Origin: Gemmatimonadaceae bacterium
GTDB taxonomy: Bacteria > Gemmatimonadota > Gemmatimonadetes > Gemmatimonadales > Gemmatimonadaceae
Length of the DNA stretch: 64,000 nucleotides
Direction of reading: 5' to 3'
Assembly (NCBI GenBank): GCA_036844565.1
Contig: DAIUFP010000006.1
Location: 93,433 to 157,432, forward strand
The notes beneath the pieces are model-generated. The model had not been told where the DNA came from, made no database searches, and worked only from the letters and a program-made list of their open reading frames with translations. Shown here in pieces: positions 28,115 to 37,088 of the stretch (position 1 is its first letter; each line of letters opens with the position of its first letter). Made by a program: the position numbers and the translations under genes.

Positions 28115-29761
28115 ATGCGCATATCACCTTCGTTCGCAGCTGATCCCGCGACCGCCCACGAGTCCACCCGCGCGGAAGCCATCGCACGCATCGCTCCCCG
28201 AGCCCTCGGGCATGCGCTGATGGCAGGAATTGCCGCAGACCTGCTCCTTCGCGAAGGGCCGTTCAGCATCGGATTTCCGGTCTGGATCGCCATCGCCGCA
28301 CTTACGTTGACCTCGTTGTCGTGGCGCGCGCGCCGCGACATACCGACGGAGGCGGCGGCGTGGCTCTTCGTCGCGCTGATCTCCGCCAGTGGGCTCGCGT
28401 GGCGCGATTCGGGGATGCTCCAGTTTTTCGACCTCCTCGCGACCGCGGGCGCACTCGGCATGACCGCGATCGCGCTCGGCAATCAGAAGGCAGGACTTCT
28501 GGCCGAGCAGTTCCGAGAGACGATCTGGGCGGGGCTGGCGTCGATTCGCATGATTGCGCGCGGCTTCGTTCCCAATCTTGGCGAGGCAATCCGCGAAGCG
28601 AAGGAACAGCCAGCATGGGAATCACGGAGTCGTCGCGCGCTTCGCTCGGGGCTGCTCGCGATCGGCGTCCTCGTGGTCTTCGGCTCCCTGCTTCGCGGAG
28701 CCGATCCCATTTTCGCGAGCCTCGTCCAGATTCCGGACTTCGATCTGGGCGACTTCATTGGCCACCTTTTCGTTGCCGGATTGTTTGCGTGGCTGGTTAG
28801 CGGGTGGGCCAATGCAGCGCTCGGATCCACCGTCGCATCGGCGCGCGCTCCACACCGGTTGCCGTTGTCGCTCAGCGTACAGGACCTCTCAGCATCGCTC
28901 GGCGTTCTCAACGTGTTGTTCGCAACCTTCATGGTCGCGCAACTCGGATGGTTATTCGGAGGCGAGAGCTTCCTGCGAGCGCGGACGGGTCTCACTGCCG
29001 CGGAGTATGCGCGCCACGGCTTCTTCGAGATGGTCTGGGTAGTCGTGCTCGTGGTGCCGCTCCTTGTCTTCACCAGGGCTGCGCTAACGCCAGGGCGTGA
29101 GGCGGCTCGCCGTCACACACTTCTCTCCCTGCCCCTTCTCGCGCTGCTGGCCGGCATCATCGTGTCAGCGGCCGGGCGCATGCGACTCTACGTGCACTTT
29201 TACGGACTGACGATCGACCGCTTCTACCCACTCGTGCTCATGGCATGGCTGATCGCCGTGCTTGTATGGCTCGCGCTCACGGTGCTTCGCGATCGTGGGC
29301 GATCGTTCATCGCTGGAGTAGCGGTGTCGGCGTTCGCCGTTCTAGTCGCTCTGAACGTCTCGGCGCCCGACGAGATCGTTGCGCGCTTCAACGAAGGGCG
29401 GACGCACAATGGGGTCGAGCCAGTCGGCGCCGACGTGCGACACATGAGTGAGCTCAGCGGCGAAGCCGTAGAGGTTGCACTCCGAGCCACACTGGCTGCG
29501 CCGCGAGCGACGGCTGGATCACGTGCCCGGACGGACGAAGACGGCGCCCGTTGCGACGCGTCGAGCAACCTGCTGCGACGATGGGGGCCGTCATCCTCGG
29601 CCGCGGAACGCAGTGAAGCGGATGCCGCCTGGAGACATTGGAACGTCGGCGAGCAACGTGCGGTGCGCGCCGTGACGGCGCATACCGTTGCGCTGCTCAA
29701 GGTGCGGAACGCCACCTGTGCAAAGGTGACGGGTTCCGAGCGCGCGATCGCCTCCCATTAG
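28115..29761 (+). CDS. Large polytopic membrane protein (DUF4153/DUF4173-like)
   Basis: More than 10 hydrophobic segments. The family call is by recollection only. A TTG lies at 28094 and an ATG at 28115. Confidence 0.5.
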   Translation: MRISPSFAADPATAHESTRAEAIARIAPRALGHALMAGIAADLLLREGPFSIGFPVWIAIAALTLTSLSWRARRDIPTEAAAWLFVALISASGLAWRDSGMLQFFDLLATAGALGMTAIALGNQKAGLLAEQFRETIWAGLASIRMIARGFVPNLGEAIREAKEQPAWESRSRRALRSGLLAIGVLVVFGSLLRGADPIFASLVQIPDFDLGDFIGHLFVAGLFAWLVSGWANAALGSTVASARAPHRLPLSLSVQDLSASLGVLNVLFATFMVAQLGWLFGGESFLRARTGLTAAEYARHGFFEMVWVVVLVVPLLVFTRAALTPGREAARRHTLLSLPLLALLAGIIVSAAGRMRLYVHFYGLTIDRFYPLVLMAWLIAVLVWLALTVLRDRGRSFIAGVAVSAFAVLVALNVSAPDEIVARFNEGRTHNGVEPVGADVRHMSELSGEAVEVALRATLAAPRATAGSRARTDEDGARCDASSNLLRRWGPSSSAAERSEADAAWRHWNVGEQRAVRAVTAHTVALLKVRNATCAKVTGSERAIASH

Positions 29762-29879
29762 GTCAGGCGCCGGCGAGCGGCGCAGTCGTCGAGCTGTCGC
29801 ACGCGATGGGTGCGATGACAGTGACGCTCGACAGGATCAGCGCAGCACGATGCATGACACGTGCGTAAGGTGTTCTCGA

Positions 29880-30380
29880 CTAGCGGTAATTCCCGAACTG
29901 GAGCTGCACCCCGAAGTCCTTCGACTTGAGCAATGCGATGGCCTCCTGCAGATCGTCGCGCGACGGTCCGGTGATCCGCACCTGTTCTCCCTGGATCGAC
30001 GCCTGCACCTTCTTCAGCTTCGCGTCCTTGATCGCCGCCGCAACTTTCTTCGCGGTCTCGGGATCCAGCTCCATCTTGAGCTTGACGTCGCGCCGCACGG
30101 TGTCGCCAGCGGCCTGCTTGATCTCGCCGATGTCGAGATTCTTCACCGGCACGCCACGCTTGATCAGCTTCGTCTGCACGATGTCGAACAGCGCAGTCAT
30201 CTGGAAATCGCTGTCCGCCACGAGTGCGATCAGGTTCTCCGCGCGTTTGAAGTCGATCGTCGCCTTCGACCCCTTGAAGTCGTAGCGCTGAACGACCTCC
30301 TTCTGCGCTTGGTTGATGGCGTTGTCGACTTCCTGGAGATCAACTCCAGTGGTCACGTCAAAACTGCAAGTTGCGGCCAT
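29880..30380 (-). CDS. yajQ: YajQ-family nucleotide (c-di-GMP) binding protein
   Basis: SFDVTTGVDLQEVDNAINQAQKEVVQRYDFKGSKATIDF... over its full length (166 aa). Confidence 0.9.
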   Translation of the reverse strand: MAATCSFDVTTGVDLQEVDNAINQAQKEVVQRYDFKGSKATIDFKRAENLIALVADSDFQMTALFDIVQTKLIKRGVPVKNLDIGEIKQAAGDTVRRDVKLKMELDPETAKKVAAAIKDAKLKKVQASIQGEQVRITGPSRDDLQEAIALLKSKDFGVQLQFGNYR

Positions 30381-30679
30381 CTGTCGATTGTTTTGCGGTG
30401 GAATATTGCGCGCGGCTGCTATGTCGCGGCTCGTTTTGCACTTATGGCACTGACCTCGCCCCGACCCAGACTAATTGCTGGTGCCGAGCATCCCCAAAGT
30501 TAGGCCTATTTCACCATCTCGGCGTGGATCGCCACGACAACTGCAATGATGCGTGGTTTCATCCGTGCTCTTCTACGCGTATTTGCGGCGACTAGATGGG
30601 GAGAAATGAGCCGCCAGACCATGGCCCGTTTGCCAAGGCTTGGCCTATCGTCTCAGTAGATTCGGTATATATTCGGCTC

Positions 30680-31441
30680 ATGTCGCAGCGCACTGGAATC
30701 GAGTGGACCGATACAACTTGGAATCCGGTCACGGGCTGCACTCAGGTAAGTGACGGCTGTGATAACTGCTACGCCTTGACGCTATCCCACCGACTCCTAA
30801 GCGCGCACTACACTCGCCGGCGCCCCGCTCGTAACACGCCGACGAACCGTCGCGATCCCTTCGCAGTCAGGCTTTGGCCAGAGCGCCTAGGTGAACCTGC
30901 TCACTGGCGCCAACCACGGCGCGTCTTCGTCAACAGCATGGGCGATTTGTTTCATGTCGATGTTCCCGAGACATTCGTTCGCGAAATCTTCGAGACGATG
31001 CTTCATGAAGACCGCCACATCTACCAAGTACTGACAAAGCGCCCCGCACGCCTTGCACGCTTCGTAAAGCGCAACGCCGATTTGTTCGGAGATGCTACCG
31101 TGCCCCCGCACATCTGGGTGGGAACTTCCATCGAGAACTCTGAAACCGCTTTTCGCGCTGACCATCTGCGCAATGTCGCGGCGAGTGTGCGCTTCCTGTC
31201 ATGCGAGCCGCTGCTCGGTCCAGTGCGTCTGAACCTCGACGGACTGCATTGGGTCATCGCTGGCGGCGAAAGCGGTCACCACTACCGTGAACTCGACCTC
31301 GACTGGGTCAGGATGATTCGCGACGACTGTGAGCGTGCAGAAGTCCCGTTCTTTTTCAAGCAGGTGGGCGGGCGGACGCCCAAGGCCGGGGGACGAACCT
31401 TAGACGAGAGAACATGGAGCCAGTATCCCGCTATGCGGTAA
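30680..31441 (+). CDS. DUF5131 / phage Gp37-Gp68 family three-Cys-motif protein
   Basis: MSQRTGIEWTDTTWNPVTGCTQVSDGCDNCYA, SCEPLLGPV and VIAGGESG. The ORF extends to 30596. Confidence 0.85.
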   Translation: MSQRTGIEWTDTTWNPVTGCTQVSDGCDNCYALTLSHRLLSAHYTRRRPARNTPTNRRDPFAVRLWPERLGEPAHWRQPRRVFVNSMGDLFHVDVPETFVREIFETMLHEDRHIYQVLTKRPARLARFVKRNADLFGDATVPPHIWVGTSIENSETAFRADHLRNVAASVRFLSCEPLLGPVRLNLDGLHWVIAGGESGHHYRELDLDWVRMIRDDCERAEVPFFFKQVGGRTPKAGGRTLDERTWSQYPAMR

Positions 31442-32274
31442 GTGATGCTCCGAGGCGAGTGGAACCCGACGGCCTCTACGTTCCGACGATCAAACCGCAC
31501 TCCCTAGACAAGATCCACCTGCATAACCGTTATGCTCGCATAATGGCCACCGCCATGCGAGACAGGTGGGAGAGGCGGGCGTATGTCGGCCTGTACTCCG
31601 GAGCCGGGTACGCGAAGCTCGACAAGACCGAGGAGATCTACGAAACCTCCGCGCTGGCTGTGTTTCGACAGCCGGACCTGTTCACGGATTATGTCTTCGT
31701 AGACCGCAATCCCCTTTGCACGTCCGCGCTCAACTCCCGTATATCCCGCATCTCGCCGACAGCGAACTGCTCCGTCCTCTCGGGGGACGTCAACGCGTCG
31801 ATTGACAAGGTTCTCGCGAAGCTCCCTATGCACTCGCGCACTCAGAAGGTTCTGACCTTCTGCTTCGTCGATCCTTTCGATCTGAAGCTTCAATTCGAGA
31901 CCGTCAGGCTACTTGCGGAACGCCGAGTGGATTTTTTGATCCTCTTGGCACTTGGCTTCGATGCCAGACGCAACATCGTACGCTACTATCGCGATCTCGA
32001 TGACCGCACCATCGGCGACCTGATCGATGATCCGCAGTGGCGAGATGCATACAAGGCGTCCGGAGAGAAGCGGATCGTCCACTTCATGCTTCGGAAGTTC
32101 GATGAACAGATGCGGTCGCTTGGCTATCTCTCGGCGGCGGGGGACGAGCACCCGATCAAGAAGGGCGGCGTGCTGCTATACCACCTCGTCTTCTACAGTC
32201 GCTCCGAGCTGGCGAAGAAATTTTGGCGCGACACCTGTCTGGGAATTACGAAGCAGCCTAGTCTGTTCGACTGA
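31414..32274 (+). CDS. tcmP: Three-Cys-motif partner protein TcmP-like
   Basis: KPHSLDKIHLHNRYARIM...YVGLYSGAGY...YVFVDRNP matches my recollection of TIGR04474. It is adjacent to DUF5131 and overlaps it by 28 nt. Confidence 0.65.
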   Translation: MEPVSRYAVSDAPRRVEPDGLYVPTIKPHSLDKIHLHNRYARIMATAMRDRWERRAYVGLYSGAGYAKLDKTEEIYETSALAVFRQPDLFTDYVFVDRNPLCTSALNSRISRISPTANCSVLSGDVNASIDKVLAKLPMHSRTQKVLTFCFVDPFDLKLQFETVRLLAERRVDFLILLALGFDARRNIVRYYRDLDDRTIGDLIDDPQWRDAYKASGEKRIVHFMLRKFDEQMRSLGYLSAAGDEHPIKKGGVLLYHLVFYSRSELAKKFWRDTCLGITKQPSLFD

Positions 32275-32372
32275 GCCCACCGTCGCCTTTTCTGCCTCCA
32301 AATCCGGGCTGAAAGCTGCAAGGATCCCGGGGCGCGGAAGGTGCGACGAGGGACTCGTGATGTTCGGCGTCG

Positions 32373-32693
32373 CTAGGCGGCACTCGGAGAGAACGCGTCC
32401 CGGGCGTAAGCACCAAATTCGGCGTTGTTGCTCGCGACGTGCAGGTGAGCGTGACCGAACTTCGCCATGAGGGCCAGCGGCTCGAAGTCGCGCAACGCCC
32501 ACATAATGGTCTTCGGTTCGAAGTCCTCGATAGTCGTCTCGGCGATCCAAAGCGTGAAGTGACGCCGATCACCATTGTAGCGCCAGCCGAAGAAGTCGTG
32601 GTCGAACTGTTCGTGGGCGCTGTGAACCGCGAGTCCATGCGATGAAAACCACTCGCGAACAGCGGCGTCCATTTCGGTAGACGGAACACCCAT
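32373..32693 (-). CDS. Hypothetical protein (106 aa), islet cargo
   Basis: Clean ORF 23 nt downstream of 32717..33301 with natural-looking composition. I recognise no family. Confidence 0.5.
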   Translation of the reverse strand: MGVPSTEMDAAVREWFSSHGLAVHSAHEQFDHDFFGWRYNGDRRHFTLWIAETTIEDFEPKTIMWALRDFEPLALMAKFGHAHLHVASNNAEFGAYARDAFSPSAA

Positions 32694-32716
32694 AAATGTG
32701 CCCCACTTTCGCCGTG

Positions 32717-33301
32717 TCAGGCCGTGGCTGGTGGATCTTGCTCAAGCACGTGCTGGACGATGCGCCCCAGATGCAGGATGAAATGCACCACCTGCGCCAC
32801 GAGCAAGTGCAATGCATAGACGAACATCGCACCGAACTTCTCGATTTCGCGATACTTGGCTTTATACGTTGAGTCTTGGTGAAACGTCCCCCCATAAAGC
32901 CAGATTTCGAATATCTCACGGGGCCCGACAGTCGTGCCTTCGAAGTCCCCGTGCAATCCAAATTGGTACTGCTTCCCGTTTAGAAAGTCATTATAGGCCT
33001 TTCGCGTCTCGGCCACTGCGACGCGCAGCTCTTCGTCTCCTACCTGGTGCAAGGTGTTGCACACCTTTCCGAAATTGGTGGACTCGTCGTTCATGTAGGC
33101 GAGCCGTACCGACATCGCCAGCGAGCGGAAGGCCTCAGTGTCGAACAGTTCAAAGCTTTGATCAAACTCACCTTCTTCTGAGACGCTTGCATTCATCGAC
33201 AGTCCTTTCCCTTCAGCTACAATCGAAGCCTGCCTGATCTGGTCTACGACGTCAACGAACGCGGTGAGTTGTTCACGGTCGCGATGTGCTAGTTCCGACA
33301 T
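32717..33301 (-). CDS. Hypothetical protein (194 aa), islet cargo
   Basis: Clean ORF with mixed charged and hydrophobic composition. I recognise no family. Confidence 0.55.
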   Translation of the reverse strand: MSELAHRDREQLTAFVDVVDQIRQASIVAEGKGLSMNASVSEEGEFDQSFELFDTEAFRSLAMSVRLAYMNDESTNFGKVCNTLHQVGDEELRVAVAETRKAYNDFLNGKQYQFGLHGDFEGTTVGPREIFEIWLYGGTFHQDSTYKAKYREIEKFGAMFVYALHLLVAQVVHFILHLGRIVQHVLEQDPPATA

Positions 33302-33361
33302 GAGGCAGAGTATCCGACGCCTAGTGCGTGGTTCAGTGACTTCTCAATCCGCCCAAGGGCA

Positions 33362-33476
33362 CCCTTGAAATCGGAGCGTACGGTTGAACGACCTCCTTCT
33401 GTGCTTGGTTGATGGCGTTATCGACTTCCTGGAGGTCGACGCCCGTGGTGACGTCGAATGAAGCGGTGGTAGCCAT
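33362..33476 (-). pseudogene. yajQ: Displaced native 5' stub of yajQ
   Basis: It translates as MATTASFDVTTGVDLQEVDNAINQAQKEVVQ and then loses frame through a ~5-nt insertion relative to 30271-30287. The DFKG remnant is readable in another frame. Confidence 0.8.
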
Positions 33477-33540
33477 GGTGCGCGTGATCTCGAGTTCCGA
33501 ATGGGTTTGCGAACGCTGTAAGCTATCGCGCCCGTGCCGC

Positions 33541-34506
33541 TCAGCGCGAACCTTTACGAATGATCAGCCCGATCGACGTCGCCGCATAGCGACCCTGCCG
33601 CTTCCGGAGGTGCCGGTCGGGCGTATACGGCCGCTCGTCGACGAACCAGTCGAGCGGGTGGTTTCCAATCGTGAGGTCCAACGGCTCGACGTCGTGGCCC
33701 AACGCGCGGAGCCGCCGCACGAGCTCCTCGATATCCGCACGACGGAACATGACGGTCCGCCCCTTCGTCACCGTCGACGCATTCGACGTCAGGTTGAACT
33801 CCGTGGTGTGAACGCCCACACCACCGGGCACGAGACAATCCATCTGCCGCAACACGAACTGCATCCCGAGCTCGATCGATCCGCAGTGCTCGAACGAGCA
33901 CGAAGACCAGGTAAAGTCGAATCCGGTCAGGTCGCCCGGGATGTGGTTCATGTCGACCGGCCGGAAACTCACCCGCTCCTTGAACAGCCCCGGATCGCAG
34001 AGCCTCCGCCGATTCAAGACGTCGACAGTGCTCGACCATTCGCCACTCTCCGCCCATCCCGCCGCTCGGCTGTCCGTGGCCGCGAGGTCGGTCGCCACGA
34101 TGGTGCAGCCGCGTGCGGCGAAGTACGACGGCAGCGCTTCCTGCCCGACCGCGAAGCCGAGTCCTCGCCTTCCCGCCGAGAGACATTCACGCTCGTACAG
34201 CGCCTGTATGAGATAGCCGAACTCCCATTGCTTGCGATGAAAGCGCCACGTCTCGTCAATCTCTGCAAGCCAGTAACGAAAGGCAGGCGAATCCAGCTGC
34301 TCCGCTGTGCATAGACACGAGACGAGATGCGCGGTGGACTCGACAGAGGGTGCACCGGGATAGGTGAGTCGTGCGCCAACGTGCGTCTGCGCCGGTGTCG
34401 CATACAACGTTGTATCATCTGGCCGAAGGACTTCCGGGCGAATCTTCGGCAGCGGCCGAAACGTGCGGCGAAGGGCAAGCCACGCATCGTTGACCGACAC
34501 GATCAA
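33541..34506 (-). CDS. Class I SAM-dependent methyltransferase
   Basis: GLGFAVGQEALPSYFAARGCTIVATDL and FDFTWSSCSFEH...LVPGGVGVHT. Confidence 0.7.
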   Translation of the reverse strand: MIVSVNDAWLALRRTFRPLPKIRPEVLRPDDTTLYATPAQTHVGARLTYPGAPSVESTAHLVSCLCTAEQLDSPAFRYWLAEIDETWRFHRKQWEFGYLIQALYERECLSAGRRGLGFAVGQEALPSYFAARGCTIVATDLAATDSRAAGWAESGEWSSTVDVLNRRRLCDPGLFKERVSFRPVDMNHIPGDLTGFDFTWSSCSFEHCGSIELGMQFVLRQMDCLVPGGVGVHTTEFNLTSNASTVTKGRTVMFRRADIEELVRRLRALGHDVEPLDLTIGNHPLDWFVDERPYTPDRHLRKRQGRYAATSIGLIIRKGSR

Positions 34507-35297
34507 CAGCCCCGGTTGGAGGGCTGGTGCCCCGCCCGCATGAACACGAGCGACGTCTTCGCCACATGGCGCAGCGGAAATTCCTTCGCGAGCATGTTGA
34601 GCGTGCGAAATACCCCAGGGCTCCGGCTTGGTCCCCGATAGTCATGCCAGAAGATGAGCCCTCCTGGCTTGACCATGCGCAGCGCTTTCCGGCTGTCGCT
34701 CTCCACGTACGACGCCGCGTGCGCACCGTCGATGAAGATGAGGTCGCACTGGCCGACGTACGGCGACTCGTCGAATGTCTTGCTGTCGGCGAAGAGCTGC
34801 GTGACGCGGTCCTCCACGGCCGTGCCCTGGTAGTAGAACGAGTTGAACGCCGATTCCTTGAGCGCCGCGAGTCGATCGCCGCGCGCATCTCCCGCACCGT
34901 TGACGTACGTCGACCGCTGATCCGGCGGCAGCGTCAACGTGATGACCTCGGCGTTGTCCGGTGCATTGCGCGCCAGCAGATACGTCGTCTTGCCGGTGCA
35001 CGTCCCGAACTCGAATATGCACGTCGATTTCTTCGCGACGGCGCTGAGCACCCACGTCTCGAAGTCGCCGATTCCACCGAGGACGTTGAGCTCGGGAAGA
35101 AAGATCGTTTCCGCCGCCACCGGTGGTCCGAGATCGCCCGGCATGAGCGACGGGTCAACATCACCCGCTGCCACCTTCTGGATCGGCCACGAGCGCAGCA
35201 GCCCGGTCTGTTCGAACTTCGCGCGGTAGTGTCGCAGCTGCCAGAGTGCGGCGACCAGCAGAATGGCGAGCACGATCGCGAGCGACGTGCCAGTCAC
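34503..35297 (-). CDS. Membrane-anchored class I SAM-dependent O-methyltransferase (Methyltransf_24-like)
   Basis: N-terminal TM segment, FEFGTCTGKTTYLLA and LIFIDGAHAASYV...GGLIFWHDY. The GTG start overlaps the sigma-factor stop (GTGA). Confidence 0.7.
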   Translation of the reverse strand: MTGTSLAIVLAILLVAALWQLRHYRAKFEQTGLLRSWPIQKVAAGDVDPSLMPGDLGPPVAAETIFLPELNVLGGIGDFETWVLSAVAKKSTCIFEFGTCTGKTTYLLARNAPDNAEVITLTLPPDQRSTYVNGAGDARGDRLAALKESAFNSFYYQGTAVEDRVTQLFADSKTFDESPYVGQCDLIFIDGAHAASYVESDSRKALRMVKPGGLIFWHDYRGPSRSPGVFRTLNMLAKEFPLRHVAKTSLVFMRAGHQPSNRGC

Positions 35298-36154
35298 CCC
35301 AGGTAACTCTCCAGCGCCCTGGCTCGCGATACGTGACGCAGTCGCGACAACGCTTTCTCCTTGATCTGTCGCACACGCTCACGCGTGATGCCCAGCAGCG
35401 CGCCGATCTGCTCGAGGGTCATCGGCTCTTCGCCATTGCCCAGGCCAAAATACAGGCGCAGGATCTTCGACTCGCGCTCCTTCAGGTGTGCCAGCGCTTC
35501 CTCGATCGACTCCGTGAGCGCCTTCTCGAAGGTGAGCTCGTCGGGCGTGGGATTCATGTTATCCGGCAGGTAGTCGAGCAGCCGGTTGTCTTCACCGGGC
35601 GTCATCGGCGCATCGAGCGAGAGGTGCGTCTGCGAGATCGACATCGTCTTCGCGACTTCCTCTTCCGTGATGTCCATCCCCTCGGCGATCTCCGCATGCG
35701 TCGCCTCGCGCCCCAATTCCTGGAGCAGGAAGCTGGCGCGCTTTCCTATTCGGTGTAGAGTCCCAGCCCGATTCAGCGGGACGCGGACGATGCGACTTTG
35801 CTCGGCCAGCGCCTGGAGGATCGCCTGGCGGATCCACCAGACCGCATAGGAGATGAACTTGATTCCCTTCGTCTCGTCGAACTTGTGCGCCGCCCTGATC
35901 AGCCCGAGGTTGCCCTCGTTGATCAGGTCCGAGAGCGAGACGCCCTGGTTCTGGTACTTCTTGGCGACGCTGACGACGAAGCGAAGGTTCGAGCGCACGA
36001 GCTTGTCGAGCGCCTCCTGGTCTCCGACCCGGATCTTCTGCGCAAGGGCGACCTCATCTTCCCGCGTGATGAGCGGGTAGATGCTGATGTCGCGCAGGTA
36101 CTGGTCCAGCGATCCCTCTTCGAACGACGACTTCTTGTTCGGAGTGGTAGCCAT
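35294..36154 (-). CDS. rpoD: RpoD/SigA-type sigma-70 factor (short, 286 aa)
   Basis: Region 2 NLRFVVSVAKKYQNQGVSLSDLINEGNLGLIRAAHKFD and YAVWWIRQAI, plus the region 4 HTH TLEQIGALLGITRERVRQIKEKAL. The ORF extends to 36268. Confidence 0.9.
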   Translation of the reverse strand: MATTPNKKSSFEEGSLDQYLRDISIYPLITREDEVALAQKIRVGDQEALDKLVRSNLRFVVSVAKKYQNQGVSLSDLINEGNLGLIRAAHKFDETKGIKFISYAVWWIRQAILQALAEQSRIVRVPLNRAGTLHRIGKRASFLLQELGREATHAEIAEGMDITEEEVAKTMSISQTHLSLDAPMTPGEDNRLLDYLPDNMNPTPDELTFEKALTESIEEALAHLKERESKILRLYFGLGNGEEPMTLEQIGALLGITRERVRQIKEKALSRLRHVSRARALESYLG

Positions 36155-36257
36155 GCTGCGATTCCGGGGAACGGCGGCCCGCCGCACGTGGGGGGACGTG
36201 ATAGCGGCGGGAGAAAGCTCTACGACCGGCGGCGGTCGATTGGGCGGTAACGCAAAG

Positions 36258-37040
36258 TCAATGCACACGCTCGCCGAGGCGCATCCATCGGACGTGCGTC
36301 AGCCAGGCGAATTCGTCAGTTGAGTCGGGGGCGAAGCTGAAGTATACGACCTCGGGACGTCCGCGGAGCAGCGAATCGGGAACGAAGCCCCAATAGCGGC
36401 TGTCGAGGGAGTTGTCGCGGTTGTCACCAAGCACGAAATACCGTCCACCAGGGACGACCAAGGGGCCCCAGTTGTTTCGCGATGGGTGATACGTCACGGC
36501 CGCGTTCGCCGACCGCACCAGAAAATCGCTCTGCCACCGGAACTCTTCCCACACCGGATCCGCCTCGGGATCCGTGTGCGAGACGTACGGCTCGGCGAGG
36601 GCGATGCCGTTGCGGATGAGCACCGCGTCGCGCATCGCGAGCGTGTCACCCGGCAACCCGACGAGCCGCTTCACGAAGTTCTTGGTGCGATCCTTCGGCC
36701 ACTCGAACACGATGACGTCGCCGCGGTGCGGCTGGCGCAGTGCCGGAAGACGTCGGCCGGTCATCGGAATCTCGGCGCCGTAAACGACCTTGTTCACCAG
36801 CAGGAAGTCGCCGACGAGCAGCGTGTGCTCCATGCTCCCGCTGGGAATCTTGAACGCTTCGACGATGAACGTGCGCAGTACGAAGAAGAGCGTTACCGAG
36901 ACCGTAAAGATCTTCGCCCACTCCCAGAAGAAACCGAAGCTCGCGCGTCGCCTGTTGACGTGCTGCAACGCCTCGAGCTTGCGCTCCGGCGTGATGGAGC
37001 GCGGCGGAAGGATCGAATCCGTCACTTCAGGCATGGCCAC
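36258..37040 (-). CDS. lepB: Signal peptidase I
   Basis: IPSGSMEHTLLVGDFLLVNK and GDNRDNSLDSRYWGFVP. Confidence 0.9.
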   Translation of the reverse strand: MAMPEVTDSILPPRSITPERKLEALQHVNRRRASFGFFWEWAKIFTVSVTLFFVLRTFIVEAFKIPSGSMEHTLLVGDFLLVNKVVYGAEIPMTGRRLPALRQPHRGDVIVFEWPKDRTKNFVKRLVGLPGDTLAMRDAVLIRNGIALAEPYVSHTDPEADPVWEEFRWQSDFLVRSANAAVTYHPSRNNWGPLVVPGGRYFVLGDNRDNSLDSRYWGFVPDSLLRGRPEVVYFSFAPDSTDEFAWLTHVRWMRLGERVH

Positions 37041-37088
37041 CCTGCAATTAAGTCCGCTCCCCTGTGCGCAGCAAGCGCGCTCGCGGCG

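Larger units (their letters stand above)
30271..33476. mobile_element. Approximately 3.1-kb lower-GC islet inserted in the yajQ 5' end, including both duplicated yajQ segments. No recombinase gene.
   Basis: The direct repeat is 30288-30380 vs 33384-33476, with 19 mismatches in 93 nt and 3 in the inner 50 nt by my own alignment. Sequences beyond the two ATGs are unrelated. The interior GC is visibly lower. Confidence 0.6.

Noticed and set aside
30371-30595. 74-aa Cys-rich plus-strand ORF at the left end of the yajQ islet
   Set aside because: The composition is unnatural and there is no RBS. The region more likely holds the replacement promoter for yajQ and the promoter of the DUF5131 gene.
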